From Candidatus Daviesbacteria bacterium (GTDB lineage Bacteria > Patescibacteriota > Microgenomatia > Daviesbacterales > UBA10151): a DNA stretch of 64,000 nucleotides. How positions within the stretch are numbered: the stretch's first letter is position 1; every line of letters starts with the position of its first letter. The notes beneath the pieces are model-generated. The model ran no database searches and had not been told where the DNA came from. It saw only the letters and a program-made list of their open reading frames with translations. The position numbers were made by a program, and so were the translations under genes. This document shows positions 1-10,070 of this stretch, in pieces. Where the stretch lies: assembly GCA_016187025.1 (NCBI GenBank), contig JACPKM010000001.1, positions 107,188 to 171,187 on the forward strand. The letters run 5' to 3'.

Positions 1-26
1 TTTCAGGAAAATTACACAATTCTGAC

Positions 27-536
27 TTGGTAATGTATGACAGATATGAAGGCAACTTATGGCAACAAATTACAGGAGAAGGTATTGTCGGACCAGCTGC
101 TCAAAGATTTGAAAAACTAAAACAGGTGCCAATTATCACCACAACCTGGGGAGAATGGGAAAAAGAACATCCTAGTACGGAAGTTCTTTCAAGAAATACA
201 GGATTTAGTAGAAATTATGACCAATATCCGTATGGCACATATGAACAAGACGACCAATTACTTTTTGGAGTAAAGGGATTAGACAAAAGTCTCCAGATAA
301 AAACTGTAATTTATGGAATAGAGATTGATGGTAAGTCTAAGGCTTACCCTGAAAATGTTTTTGATGAGAAAAAAATTATTGAAGATACAGTTGGAAATGT
401 AGCGATAAGATTAGAAAAAAATCAAGCTGGACAAATTAAGGTTACTAACTTACAAACGCAGCAAGGTTTGATACCTATTAGATTATTCTGGTTTGCCTGG
501 GCAGCTTTTCATCCAGATACAGAAGTTTATCAATAA
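27..536 (+). CDS. DUF3179-like protein, C-terminal part (gene starts left of the window)
   Basis: ORF open from the window edge; motifs YDR..LWQQITG and FWFAWAAFHPDT are typical of DUF3179. Confidence 0.75.
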   Translation: MVMYDRYEGNLWQQITGEGIVGPAAQRFEKLKQVPIITTTWGEWEKEHPSTEVLSRNTGFSRNYDQYPYGTYEQDDQLLFGVKGLDKSLQIKTVIYGIEIDGKSKAYPENVFDEKKIIEDTVGNVAIRLEKNQAGQIKVTNLQTQQGLIPIRLFWFAWAAFHPDTEVYQ

Positions 537-537
537 T

Positions 538-1227
538 ATGAATCGGAAACTGATGGTTTTAAAACAACTGGATCTTTTTAAGGCGCTACCTGAAGATATG
601 GTCAAATATATCAGTGAGCGTTTTGCTGAAAGAGAGTACGGCAAGAGACAAGTTATATTTGAGCCTGAAGACCGGGATAAAGTTTTCTTGTTAAAAAGCG
701 GCAAGGTAGAGATTTATCAACTTACACCTGATGGTAAAAAAATTATTATTGATATACTGACTTCCGGTGATGTTTTTGGAGATCTGGGCATAAAAGAAGA
801 AAATGAGCAAGCTCTTTTCTCCGAAAATGAGCATTTTGTGCAAGCTACCACTAATTCCTTTGTTTGCGTAATGAACAAAGATGAATTTTTTGATATGGTT
901 AGTAAAGTTCCAAAGCTCGCGAATATATTAGTTAAGGAGCTTTTCTCCAAGTTAATTGAATCTGAAAAACAAATAGCAGCACTGGCCTCAGATAATCTTT
1001 TGGTTAAAGTAAAAAATTTACTGTTAAGACTTGCCAAAAAACATGGGGAGGTAACGGATGATAGAGTAATAATTACCACCAAATTTACCCACGAACAACT
1101 GGCTGATATGATTGGCATTTCCCGTCCCACCATGACTGAATTACTTAATAAATTAGACCGCTTGGGAATTATCAAACGCGAAGGTAAAATTATTTCATAC
1201 TATCCCCAAAAATTAGCCAGTCTTTAG
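538..1227 (+). CDS. Crp/Fnr-family transcriptional regulator
   Basis: cNMP-binding fold (GKVEIYQLTPDGKKII, GDVFG) plus C-terminal HTH THEQLADMIGISRPTMT; ATG at 538 follows the upstream stop. Confidence 0.9.
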   Translation: MNRKLMVLKQLDLFKALPEDMVKYISERFAEREYGKRQVIFEPEDRDKVFLLKSGKVEIYQLTPDGKKIIIDILTSGDVFGDLGIKEENEQALFSENEHFVQATTNSFVCVMNKDEFFDMVSKVPKLANILVKELFSKLIESEKQIAALASDNLLVKVKNLLLRLAKKHGEVTDDRVIITTKFTHEQLADMIGISRPTMTELLNKLDRLGIIKREGKIISYYPQKLASL

Positions 1228-1299
1228 CTTAATTGCTGCTTGACAAGGAACTATTATTTGATAAGATACTTATATATTAAGTATCTAACATAAATTCAC

Positions 1300-1725
1300 A
1301 TGTCAACAAGAATACAACTCATTGAAGAAATTCTGCACGCCTTCCACGCTATCCGAAACATAACCAAGGCTAAAGCTGCTAGTTTGGGTCACCAAAATCA
1401 CATAACTCACTCCCAATGGTTTGTCTTGACGATGATCGAACACTTTAAAAAAATAAGTATTAAAGATATCGCAGAAAAGTTGGAGATGTCTTCAAGTGCA
1501 GCAACTCAGCTTGTAGATAGCCTTGTGCAAAGTGGATTTGTTACCCGTCAAGAAGATCCAGCAGATCGTCGTTTGGTACAACTGGAACTTTCACTAAAAG
1601 GCGAGAGGCATATCGCTGCCACTAAGAATAAGCGTATAAACGAAATGGCAGATATGTTTGAAACATTAACGGATAAAGAACTTCAGGAATTTGTAAGACT
1701 ATTTAAGAAAATCATATCAAGATGA
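1300..1725 (+). CDS. MarR-family transcriptional regulator
   Basis: SSAATQLVDSLVQSGFVTRQEDPADRR winged-helix motif. Confidence 0.9.
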   Translation: MSTRIQLIEEILHAFHAIRNITKAKAASLGHQNHITHSQWFVLTMIEHFKKISIKDIAEKLEMSSSAATQLVDSLVQSGFVTRQEDPADRRLVQLELSLKGERHIAATKNKRINEMADMFETLTDKELQEFVRLFKKIISR

Positions 1726-2528
1726 ATACTCTTATGCAGTATATTGGGAAATATTTTCATTCTATGTATTATGTTGTCATCAGCGTTCTCTTAATAGTGG
1801 CAACTGTTGAAAGCGTTGGCCGTGGGTTTCCTATCAATTTGCCTGTTGCTGTTTTGGCAGCAGTAATACTCGATTTTTCTTTACAAAGGTTCTGGTTAAA
1901 GACTCCCCTTAGAGTTCCCTTATCCGCCATCATTACTGGCCTGATAGTTGGTACAGTATCTGTAAATGCTCCTATCCTTGGTACTTTTATTGCTGCGATT
2001 CTAGCCATACTTTCTAAATTTATTATTAGGTTGAAAGGCAAGCATATCTTCAATCCAGTAGTGTTTGGAGTAGTTAGTGTGCAACTGCTTAATCCTGCTG
2101 CTCATGGTGCTGCTATGCATGGATCAGGAATGACAATGGAAGGTTTCGGGCCTGGTGGTTTTGCGGTCAGTCTCTGGCTGGTACCGCTTTTGTTATTCGC
2201 CAACTGGCGGGCAAATAAACTGTGGGTTTCAATACCATATCTTATTGCAACAGCATTGCTTTTCTACTTTTCAGGACTCGCCAACCCCGCTTCATTAAAC
2301 GCACAAGGTATATTTATGTTCCTTGAAGTCCTACCTTGGTATTTTGCATTCATTATAGTTTCAGAGCCGAAGACTTCCCCTTGGGTAAAAAAAGAGCAGA
2401 TTATATTCGGAAGCGGTGTTGCAATTCTTTCCGTTTTACCTCTCCTTCTTTTTGGTTTCTATTCCCATGTTATAGCACTTGTAGCACTGCTTGCTGGAAA
2501 TCTAATTTATGCAGCCTATCGCACATAG
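1722..2528 (+). CDS. RnfD/NqrB-like membrane protein
   Basis: Multi-TM protein with SAIITGL, KHIFNP and EPKTSP motifs. Confidence 0.7.
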   Translation: MNTLMQYIGKYFHSMYYVVISVLLIVATVESVGRGFPINLPVAVLAAVILDFSLQRFWLKTPLRVPLSAIITGLIVGTVSVNAPILGTFIAAILAILSKFIIRLKGKHIFNPVVFGVVSVQLLNPAAHGAAMHGSGMTMEGFGPGGFAVSLWLVPLLLFANWRANKLWVSIPYLIATALLFYFSGLANPASLNAQGIFMFLEVLPWYFAFIIVSEPKTSPWVKKEQIIFGSGVAILSVLPLLLFGFYSHVIALVALLAGNLIYAAYRT

Positions 2529-2547
2529 CTAGTTGAATTCATAATTT

Positions 2548-2563
2548 TGTCATTTAAACAACA
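2548..2563 (+). promoter_or_regulatory. Putative Crp/CooA-type box TGTCA-N6-CAACA
   Basis: Centred about -41.5 relative to the -10 TAAAAT at 2585-2590; near-identical to the box at 2919. Confidence 0.6.
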
Positions 2564-2598
2564 GATTGCAACGATATTCTCCTTTAAAATTTGGGTAT

Positions 2599-2952
2599 AT
2601 GAAAGGCATTGCCACTTGCCAGGATTGTCCAATCAATATAACCATTTACCGCTTTACCGGCATCCAGGGCTTTTTTAGTGTACCCAAGAAATGGTGTGAA
2701 GAATGCGACCTGCTTGTGAGTCTAGTTAAGAATACTGTCAGGGATTTGGGGATTGAGGATAAAACAAAATTGACCATCAGACCCTGGCTTCCCTGGTTTT
2801 GGCAACCGCTTTTAATAAATTTTGCCTGGCATGCTCCAATTTTAACCATTAATGGAAAATTAATCAGCCAAGGGATTGTACCGGATAAACTAGCTCTTAC
2901 TAAAGCCCTTTCAGAAAATGTCGTTCAAACAACAGAATTTGGGAAAGTATGA
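2599..2952 (+). CDS. Thioredoxin-fold redox-active disulfide protein
   Basis: WCEEC motif and HAPILTINGKLISQGIVP cis-Pro region; ATG at 2599. Confidence 0.65.
   Translation: MKGIATCQDCPINITIYRFTGIQGFFSVPKKWCEECDLLVSLVKNTVRDLGIEDKTKLTIRPWLPWFWQPLLINFAWHAPILTINGKLISQGIVPDKLALTKALSENVVQTTEFGKV
2919..2934 (+). promoter_or_regulatory. Putative Crp/CooA-type box TGTCG-N6-CAACA
   Basis: Centred about -41.5 relative to the -10 TATACT at 2956-2961. Confidence 0.6.
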
Positions 2953-2993
2953 GTGTATACTATTTTTAATATGCAAAGAAAGGAGAAATATTT

Positions 2994-3122
2994 ATGAAAC
3001 ATGGACCCCACGATAATTGTTTAATGTGCAGCATGGCAAAGGCTGTTGGAATGATGGAAAAGCATCCAAAGGATTGTAATTGTCAGGCTAATATTAAAAA
3101 AGAAGAAAAGAAGGATAAATGA
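2994..3122 (+). CDS. 42-aa Cys/His-rich peptide (not in ORF track)
   Basis: AAGGAG RBS; MKHGPHDNCLMCSMAKAVGMMEKHPKDCNCQANIKKEEKKDK; fills the operon gap. Confidence 0.65.
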   Translation: MKHGPHDNCLMCSMAKAVGMMEKHPKDCNCQANIKKEEKKDK

Positions 3123-3126
3123 CATT

Positions 3127-3429
3127 ATGAAACAAAAACTAATTGAACTTTGGAAAAATGATTGCGAGCATTGTGAGGCTACGGAGCCCATCATAAAAGA
3201 GCTTGAACAAGAGGGGTATAAGTTTGATAGATTTAATATAGAGACACCGGAAGGTGAGAAGGTTTGGAGAAGCTATTCCAGGGAAATAGATGAAAATAAT
3301 AAGAAGATAGGTTATGAATTGGGCTACATTTATACACCAACAATTATCAACCCAAAAACAAGACAGTTAAAAGCATTTAAAGATAGAGCGCCTAAGAAAG
3401 AAGAAATAATAGCTCTGGCTAATTCTTAG
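3127..3429 (+). CDS. Thioredoxin-family protein
   Basis: CEHC motif and YTPT cis-Pro motif. Confidence 0.75.
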   Translation: MKQKLIELWKNDCEHCEATEPIIKELEQEGYKFDRFNIETPEGEKVWRSYSREIDENNKKIGYELGYIYTPTIINPKTRQLKAFKDRAPKKEEIIALANS

Positions 3430-3462
3430 ATTTTATATTATTTTGGAAGGAGGTGGTAAATA

Positions 3463-3663
3463 ATGGATACTAATTTGAAATGCCCAATGTGTGGAGGCCA
3501 GTTTCATTCTCAACAAGAATTAGATTCACACACAGAGCAGTCGCATGCTAAAAAAGAGAATCAGCAACAGGAGCACGCCATAAGCTGTTCCAAGTGTGGG
3601 TTAAAAGCAAAATCTGTAGAGGATTTAAAAGAACATGAGGGACACCACAACATGAATGGTTAA
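3463..3663 (+). CDS. Small protein with two C2H2 zinc fingers
   Basis: CPMC..H..H and CSKC..H..H; strong GGAGG RBS. Confidence 0.75.
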   Translation: MDTNLKCPMCGGQFHSQQELDSHTEQSHAKKENQQQEHAISCSKCGLKAKSVEDLKEHEGHHNMNG

Positions 3664-3683
3664 GAAAGAGTGGTGGAAAAACT

Positions 3684-4262
3684 ATGATTAGAATTAAAAT
3701 TCTTACCGGTTCAGTGCGGCCTGGCAGATTTAATATCCAGCCAGCTACCTGGATCTATGAAATTGCTAAAAAAAGAACGGATATGGAGGTAGAACTTTTG
3801 GATTTACAGGAAGTAAACCTTCCTTTTCTGGATGAGTCAGTTCCACCTTCCCAAAGACAATATTCAAAGGAACATACTAAAAAATGGTCTAAGATTATTG
3901 GTGAGGCAGATGGTTTTATTTTTGTTACTCCGGAATACAATCATGGTGTATCACCAGTATTAAAAAATGCCGTAGATTATTTATTTTACGAATGGCATTA
4001 TAAGCCTGTTAGTTTTGTAAGTTATGGATCTTTAGCCGGAGGGTCAAGAGCTGTTGAACATTGGCGGGGAATAGCTGCTGAGATAAAGATGTATGATTTA
4101 AGAGAACAAGTTATGTTGCCTAACTATTGGGAAAACTTAGATAAAAATGGCAAATACCAGTTTAATGATGCTCAGGAAAAATCCGCTAGTGCAATGCTTG
4201 ACGCTCTTATCTTTTGGGCAAAGAAAATGAAAGAGGCAAGAAAGGAATTGCAAAAACCATAA
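3684..4262 (+). CDS. NADPH-dependent FMN reductase
   Basis: GSVRPGRF and FVTPEYNHG..LKNAVD motifs. Confidence 0.92.
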   Translation: MIRIKILTGSVRPGRFNIQPATWIYEIAKKRTDMEVELLDLQEVNLPFLDESVPPSQRQYSKEHTKKWSKIIGEADGFIFVTPEYNHGVSPVLKNAVDYLFYEWHYKPVSFVSYGSLAGGSRAVEHWRGIAAEIKMYDLREQVMLPNYWENLDKNGKYQFNDAQEKSASAMLDALIFWAKKMKEARKELQKP

Positions 4263-4277
4263 AAAGGAAAGCAACTT

Positions 4278-5627
4278 ATGAAAAAATTTGATGTTTTAGT
4301 TATAGGTAGTGGCGCAGGTCTTGAAGTGGCTTCATTTGCCGCTGAGAAAGGTTTATCGGTTGCTTTAGTGGAGGAAGGACGCTTAGGTGGAACATGTCTT
4401 AATAGGGGTTGTATCCCCTCTAAAATGTTAATCCACTCGGCGGATGTAGCTGAAACTATTAAAAGCAGTCAGAAATTTGGGATTAAAAGTAAGATAGAGG
4501 GGATTGATTTTACCTCTATTGTCAAAAGAGTTTCTGAAGTTGTGGATACAGATTCCAGCGGAATTGAACAAGCAGTAAGAAAAAGTGGTAATCCTGTTTT
4601 GTATAAAGTCAGAAGTAAATTTATTGGGCCAAAACAAATGCAGGCTGGGAATGAACAAATAGAAGCAGACAAAGTTTTTATTGTGGGAGGTACCAGACCT
4701 TCAACCCCTCCGGTTCCGGGTCTTGAGGATACACCTTACCTTGATAGCACAAAGGCTTTGAGATTGGAAAAGCAACCGGAGCATCTGGTAATTATCGGTG
4801 GAGGTTATATTGCCGCAGAGTTAGCTCACTTTTTTGGAGCATTGGGGACAAAGATAACTATTTTAGTAAGAGGAGAAAGAATGCTGGATAACGAAGATGA
4901 TGAGATAGCAGACTGGTTTACCAAGGAATTTTCTAAGAAACACAAAATTTTATTTAAAACTGAAACAGAAGCTGTCTCCTACCAGGACAACAGATTTATT
5001 ATAAAACTAAAAAATGATGGCGGGAAATTAGAATCTGATCAACTCCTTGTTGCTACGGGAAGAACACCCAATACAGATATACTGGACGTTAAAACTACAG
5101 GGGTAGATGTAGATGATAAAGGTTATATTAAAGTAAACGACTACTTAGAAACAAACGTAGATGGGATATGGGCTTTTGGAGATATAGTAGGAATTTTACC
5201 ATTCAGGCATACAGCCAATGATCAGGTAGGTTTTGCCATCGGAAACGCTTTTACTGATAAAAAAGTACCATTTGACCCCTTTGCCATTGGTCATGCGGTT
5301 TTTTCTTCTCCTCAAGTTGGAGGTGTTGGTAAAACAGAACAGGAGCTTAAGAAAGAAGGTATATCTTATAAAGTTGGTAAAGCAGAACTTAAAGATACAG
5401 GTATGGGTGGAGCCTTGCAGGAAAATGGTTTGGCAAAAGTTATAACAGATGAGACAGGAAAAAAGATATTAGGGGTTCATATTGTTGGTCCACAAGCCTC
5501 TATCTTAATTCATGAAGCAATTGTGGCTATGAAGGGAAACGGGACAGTAGATGCTATTACCCAATCAGTCTATATTCACCCAGCGTTACCTGAATGGTTG
5601 CAAAGAGCATTTTTTGATATTGGATAA
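4278..5627 (+). CDS. Class I pyridine nucleotide-disulfide oxidoreductase (LpdA/mycothione reductase-like)
   Basis: GSGAG, GGTCLNRGCIPSK, GGGYIAAE and HPALPE motifs. Confidence 0.9.
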   Translation: MKKFDVLVIGSGAGLEVASFAAEKGLSVALVEEGRLGGTCLNRGCIPSKMLIHSADVAETIKSSQKFGIKSKIEGIDFTSIVKRVSEVVDTDSSGIEQAVRKSGNPVLYKVRSKFIGPKQMQAGNEQIEADKVFIVGGTRPSTPPVPGLEDTPYLDSTKALRLEKQPEHLVIIGGGYIAAELAHFFGALGTKITILVRGERMLDNEDDEIADWFTKEFSKKHKILFKTETEAVSYQDNRFIIKLKNDGGKLESDQLLVATGRTPNTDILDVKTTGVDVDDKGYIKVNDYLETNVDGIWAFGDIVGILPFRHTANDQVGFAIGNAFTDKKVPFDPFAIGHAVFSSPQVGGVGKTEQELKKEGISYKVGKAELKDTGMGGALQENGLAKVITDETGKKILGVHIVGPQASILIHEAIVAMKGNGTVDAITQSVYIHPALPEWLQRAFFDIG

Positions 5628-5638
5628 CCAAAAAAACT

Positions 5639-6166
5639 ATGTACGACGAAAATAAATTGCTAAAATTTAGAAAACAAAAAGATCAGGCTTGGAAAAACGA
5701 TAAAGAATCTCCTTTAACCGAAGAACAAAAGAAGAACTTTAAAAGTTTAAACTATTTTCCACCTAATCCTGATTTGAGTTTTGAATTAGAGCTTGATAAA
5801 AATATACCTGATATAGGCAAAGAGGTAATTATTAAAACCACAGGTGGAGATGAACAGGTATATCTAAGAGCTGGCAAAGTAAAGCTTAGTGTTGAAGGCG
5901 CAGAAGTTGAAGCAATTGTTTTTGAAGATCCGCATCAAGAACAGTTTCAATATTATCTTTTATTTCGCGATCAAACAACTGGTAAAGAAACTTATGAAAA
6001 TGGCAGGATGTTACAAATTCCAAAAAAGGGAGATAAGTTAATTGTTGACTTTAATTATGCTTACAATCCATATAGTTCATACAATGAAAATTGGGATTGC
6101 CCAATAACACCAGAAGAAAATATTTTACCAATAGCAATTAAAGCAGGAGAAAAAAGATTTATATGA
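5639..6166 (+). CDS. DUF1684-family protein
   Basis: FRDQTTGKETY, DFNYAYNP and CP..ENILPIAIKAGEK motifs. Confidence 0.85.
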   Translation: MYDENKLLKFRKQKDQAWKNDKESPLTEEQKKNFKSLNYFPPNPDLSFELELDKNIPDIGKEVIIKTTGGDEQVYLRAGKVKLSVEGAEVEAIVFEDPHQEQFQYYLLFRDQTTGKETYENGRMLQIPKKGDKLIVDFNYAYNPYSSYNENWDCPITPEENILPIAIKAGEKRFI

Positions 6167-6187
6167 GTTTGTTATTTGTCTATAAAC

Positions 6188-6499
6188 CTAAGCGGATTGT
6201 TCTCCCCATTCGCTTATTTTTTCAAAAATTTCTTTTAAAGACTCTCCTTTTGTAGTTAATGTATATTCTACGTGCAAAGGAATTTCTGTATAGATTTTCT
6301 TTTTGAGAATGCCTTCTTTTTCCAGTTCTTTCAGGCGCAGAGAAAGAGTCTTTGGGCTAATGCCGTTTAATTCTCCCTGTAACTGCCCGAACCTTTTTGT
6401 TCCAGAAAAAAGGCTATGGAGGATGTACATAGACCATTTGTTGCCAATAATTTTAAGAGTTTTCGATACTCCGCAGGTTTTATGATTTTCTACTGCCAT
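6188..6499 (-). CDS. HxlR-family transcriptional regulator
   Basis: IIGNKW..RFGQL..ISPKTLSLRLKELE..VEYTLT. Confidence 0.9.
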   Translation of the reverse strand: MAVENHKTCGVSKTLKIIGNKWSMYILHSLFSGTKRFGQLQGELNGISPKTLSLRLKELEKEGILKKKIYTEIPLHVEYTLTTKGESLKEIFEKISEWGEQSA

Positions 6500-6585
6500 A
6501 ATTTTCTTAATTATACTACTTATGGTACGAACTTCCCATTTTATAACTACTTTACAAAAGGAAGTAGTACTGCTAATATGTATTT

Positions 6586-7203
6586 ATGAACAAATTTGAT
6601 GAGTTGGCAGATTCCCCAGTAATTGAAAAAACAGTCCGGGCTCTGAATTCAAATGGCATAGAAACTATTGTTGTAGAAAATGGTGAAGAGGCCAAGAAAA
6701 AAGCTCTTGAGATTTTACCTGAAGGAAAAGAAATCATGACAATGGTCTCTGTTACTTTAGATACAATCAGCTTATCAACAGAGGTAAATAAAGAAGGTGG
6801 TAAATACAAACCCGTCAGAGATAAACTGTATGCCATGGATAGAGAAACTCAAGCTAAGGAAATGAAAAGTTTGGGTTCAACCCCTGACTGGGCAATTGGC
6901 AGCGTTCACGCTATTACACAAGATGGACAAATATTGGTAGCATCGGCAACAGGTAGTCAATTGCCAGCATATGCTTATGGGGCAATAAATGTTTTGTGGA
7001 TAGTTGGTGGACAGAAAATTGTTAAAAACTTGGAAGAAGGTTTAAAGCGGATATATGAATATGTTTTACCTCTGGAGAGTGAGCGCGCTAAAAAAGCTTA
7101 TGGGGTACCAGGCAGTTCAGTAAACAAAATATTAATAATTAGCAAAGAGGCTCAACCTGGAAGAATCAAGGTTATCCTGGTCAAAGAAAAACTTGGATTT
7201 TAA
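6586..7203 (+). CDS. LUD (lactate utilization C-like) domain protein
   Basis: GSVHAITQDG..ASATGSQLPAY..KIVKNLEEG. Confidence 0.8.
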   Translation: MNKFDELADSPVIEKTVRALNSNGIETIVVENGEEAKKKALEILPEGKEIMTMVSVTLDTISLSTEVNKEGGKYKPVRDKLYAMDRETQAKEMKSLGSTPDWAIGSVHAITQDGQILVASATGSQLPAYAYGAINVLWIVGGQKIVKNLEEGLKRIYEYVLPLESERAKKAYGVPGSSVNKILIISKEAQPGRIKVILVKEKLGF

Positions 7204-7245
7204 TAGGAGAAACTGAATAAGCATGTGAAGCATACTCGCATCCTT

Positions 7246-8124
7246 CTAATTCCTATTATTCCCTATTTTCCAAACACTTTTTTCCCTAAAAGCTGGAATG
7301 GTCTGACGCTTAGCTGCATTTAAAATAACTGGGGCTGGCTTATTTTGTTTTTCTGCATATTCTACAGCATCAATAATTTTAGAGCCTTTTAAATAAGTAA
7401 TTCTTTTGTGTAAAGCCTCCATCACAGCAAGCAGGATTAGCCTCTCTATCTTTTTTGTACTTCTATCATCTCTAAAATCCTTAAAAGACTGATAATATTC
7501 TTGTTTCTCTTTATCCCGGATAATAATTCCCGGGAACCCTAATCTGTACAACTGATAGTTTATAAGCACTCTACCAATTCTACCGTTACCATCATTAAAA
7601 GGATGAATTATCTCAAATTGCAGGTGAAATTTAGCAATCTTATCTATAAAATAAGTACTTTGATCACTGGAATATTCAATTAAAGCCTCTTCCAGCATTC
7701 GTTCTATATGCTCAGGAGCCGGGGCGATGAAACTACCTACCCTGACATACTCCCCCTTTTTCCGGAATCTTCCAGCAATACTATCATCAATATTTCCTAT
7801 TAACATTTGATGGAGTAGTAATATAGTTTCTTTAGAAAGATCCTCATAAGCTTTAGTCTGGATATATTCCATAACTCTGGCTAAATTCTTAGCCTCATAT
7901 ACTTCACGCAGGCTGACATCTTTTGACACTTCCATCTCTAAAAGTATCTTCTCTGTTTCTTTTAAAGTAAGCGTAGAGTTTTCTATGGCATTAGAGTTAT
8001 AGACACTTTCCGGAATTTCAGCTTCATTAATAAGTTGTAGCAAAAAACCTTTACCAATTTTTAAACGGTCATATTCCTTTTTAAGAATTTCTATTCTTCT
8101 TTGCAGGGAAAACGAGGTTGACAT
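7246..8124 (-). CDS. Fic-family protein
   Basis: HPFNDGNGRIGR catalytic motif and SNAIEN inhibitory motif. Confidence 0.93.
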   Translation of the reverse strand: MSTSFSLQRRIEILKKEYDRLKIGKGFLLQLINEAEIPESVYNSNAIENSTLTLKETEKILLEMEVSKDVSLREVYEAKNLARVMEYIQTKAYEDLSKETILLLHQMLIGNIDDSIAGRFRKKGEYVRVGSFIAPAPEHIERMLEEALIEYSSDQSTYFIDKIAKFHLQFEIIHPFNDGNGRIGRVLINYQLYRLGFPGIIIRDKEKQEYYQSFKDFRDDRSTKKIERLILLAVMEALHKRITYLKGSKIIDAVEYAEKQNKPAPVILNAAKRQTIPAFREKSVWKIGNNRN

Positions 8125-8210
8125 GATACCTGTATTATATTAAATTCACACTATTTTGTCAATTAAACGTGAATATAATATCATTTACGGGATAAATTCA
8201 CGTTATTTTA

Positions 8211-8345
8211 CTCGAGGATCGTAACGTTAATATAACCAGTCAATTCGTGCGTATTTTCAAGGTATTTGAGGATTTCAAGTTCATTAGCCAACTACGGGAA
8301 GAGATGGATAAAAGTACAGCCAGCGATGGCGATGGCATGATTTAG
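8211..8345 (+). repeat. att junction plus LSR tail remnant
   Basis: CTC-N13-TTAATATA; reads LEDRNVNITSQFVRIFKVFEDFKFISQLREEMDK, similar to the tails at 18974 and 26763. Confidence 0.65.
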
Positions 8346-9140
8346 GTTTCAATTTCAATATCTAAATTTGGAACTTTACCATACCCTTGCAAGGCGGCAA
8401 TGAATCTTTCACCAAAATCTACCGATTGAATTAAAACCTCAGGATTTCCAGCCTTCTCAAGCAACCATTCCCCAGTATCCGTTTCTTTGTCCGTTCCATA
8501 GTGATATGAGTAATTCGTAAAAACAATAGCATTTGAAGGTGATGGCTTACCCTTTGTGGCAAAAACGGCTGCATCTCGCATTTTCGTAATAGCACCTACC
8601 CAAGGAACATCCTCTGGGCGTGCATTAGGTGAAAGAGGTAGGTTCATGTCAATAAACACAATAAATGGTTTTCCTATCATCCGCTGTTTAAGTGCGTGTT
8701 TATATAGTTTTAACACACTGAATCGGAACTCTCGTTCTTTGTTGAACTTCCCCCCTATGTGCAATACACCCTCTCGCTCTTTACTCTTAACCTCAACAAC
8801 AATTCCCTCTTTCGTTTCTGGGTGAGTAGCTATAAATTCCGAATGTTTCATCTGCTTTTTGGTATGGATAAATGCGGCTTCCTAATGCCCACACTTTCTT
8901 GCCCTTAAAGACGATTGGTTGAACAAAATCTATAAATATGCCCGACTGTCGCAATATATACCTTCTCTCAACCTGTTCTGCTTCGATTTTACGCATCATT
9001 TCTTCCATCTCTGGTGTTGGCTTCTCTATTTTGGTAACTTTAGGCACACCATACGGGAAACCACCCATTAGGTAATGACATTTCTTATATTTCTTACCGC
9101 TATTACACGGACAGGGATCGTTTCTGCCTATCTTTGACAT
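8342..9140 (-). pseudogene. SEC-C motif protein, internally deleted and frameshifted paralog of 26899..28092
   Basis: Two overlapping ORFs match the N- and C-terminal parts of the intact paralog; the middle is missing. Confidence 0.85.
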
Positions 9141-9158
9141 GGTATTGTTTGACTGGGG

Positions 9159-9389
9159 TTAGCGTTTCCTATCCTGTGGTGGAAAAGGATCTCGGCCAAA
9201 ACTGTCTTTGTCCCTAATCCTTCCATCTGGACGATGGGTTACTATCTCTGATTGGTTATTGATCGCTATTTGCCTTGCTGCATCGTAAGCCTCTGACTGT
9301 GTGTCATGTACAGAAGTCACGCGACTATTGCCCGCACCGCGAACCGCCCAATCTGTGCCGTATGGTACTACATGTTGTGATTTTGCCAT
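9159..9389 (-). CDS. DUF2188-family protein
   Basis: QHVVP..WAVRG..TQSEA..AR..H..DGRIR. Confidence 0.85.
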   Translation of the reverse strand: MAKSQHVVPYGTDWAVRGAGNSRVTSVHDTQSEAYDAARQIAINNQSEIVTHRPDGRIRDKDSFGRDPFPPQDRKR

Positions 9390-9469
9390 TTTTGCTTCAC
9401 CCCCCTCATATTTTGATATATTTATATCGACTTGACATGACTATAAATTTGTCATAAAGTTATCATAAT

Positions 9470-10069
9470 ATGGATATTAAAGTCAAGCCCCTAACTAACA
9501 AACAAAAGGAAGCGTTAGATTTCGTAAATTCTTTCATGCAAGAAAAAGGATACGCCCCTTCTTTGCGTGAATTAGCCACATTTTTGGACACCAAAAACCT
9601 AAGTACCGCACAGTACTACATCGAAGAATTAGAAAAAAAAGGTTATCTAAAACGAGATCCACATAAAAATAGAGGTATAGCACCAATTACCCAAAAACAA
9701 ACTATTCCTCTACTGGGTTTTATAGCTACCGGGGAACCCATAGAGCCGATTGAAAACGCTGAACCCATACAAGTATCATCGAATATTAAATTGAATCCAA
9801 ACCATTCCTACTACGCTCTTAAGGTAAAAGGTGACAGCATGATGGATATGGGAATTCTGGATAATGACATCGTTCTTATTAAGCATCAAATGACAGCAGA
9901 TATCGGGGACACAGTAGTTGGAATTACGGAAAAAGGTGCTACATTAAAAGTTTTAGGTGAAAAAAATGGAAGAACAATCTTACAACCAAAAAATCCAAAT
10001 TATGAAATAATAATTCCAGAACAACTCGAAATAAGAGGTGTCTTTGTTGGATTATTAAGAAAAAATTAA
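9470..10069 (+). CDS. lexA: LexA-like repressor with S24 peptidase domain
   Basis: LTNKQ..GYAPSLRELA HTH, catalytic GDSM and TLK. Confidence 0.85.
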   Translation: MDIKVKPLTNKQKEALDFVNSFMQEKGYAPSLRELATFLDTKNLSTAQYYIEELEKKGYLKRDPHKNRGIAPITQKQTIPLLGFIATGEPIEPIENAEPIQVSSNIKLNPNHSYYALKVKGDSMMDMGILDNDIVLIKHQMTADIGDTVVGITEKGATLKVLGEKNGRTILQPKNPNYEIIIPEQLEIRGVFVGLLRKN

Positions 10070-10070
10070 C

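Noticed and set aside
7225-7250. Possible ninth att junction (ACTCGC) after fic
   Set aside because: No arm motif or tail homology; CTC alone is not informative.
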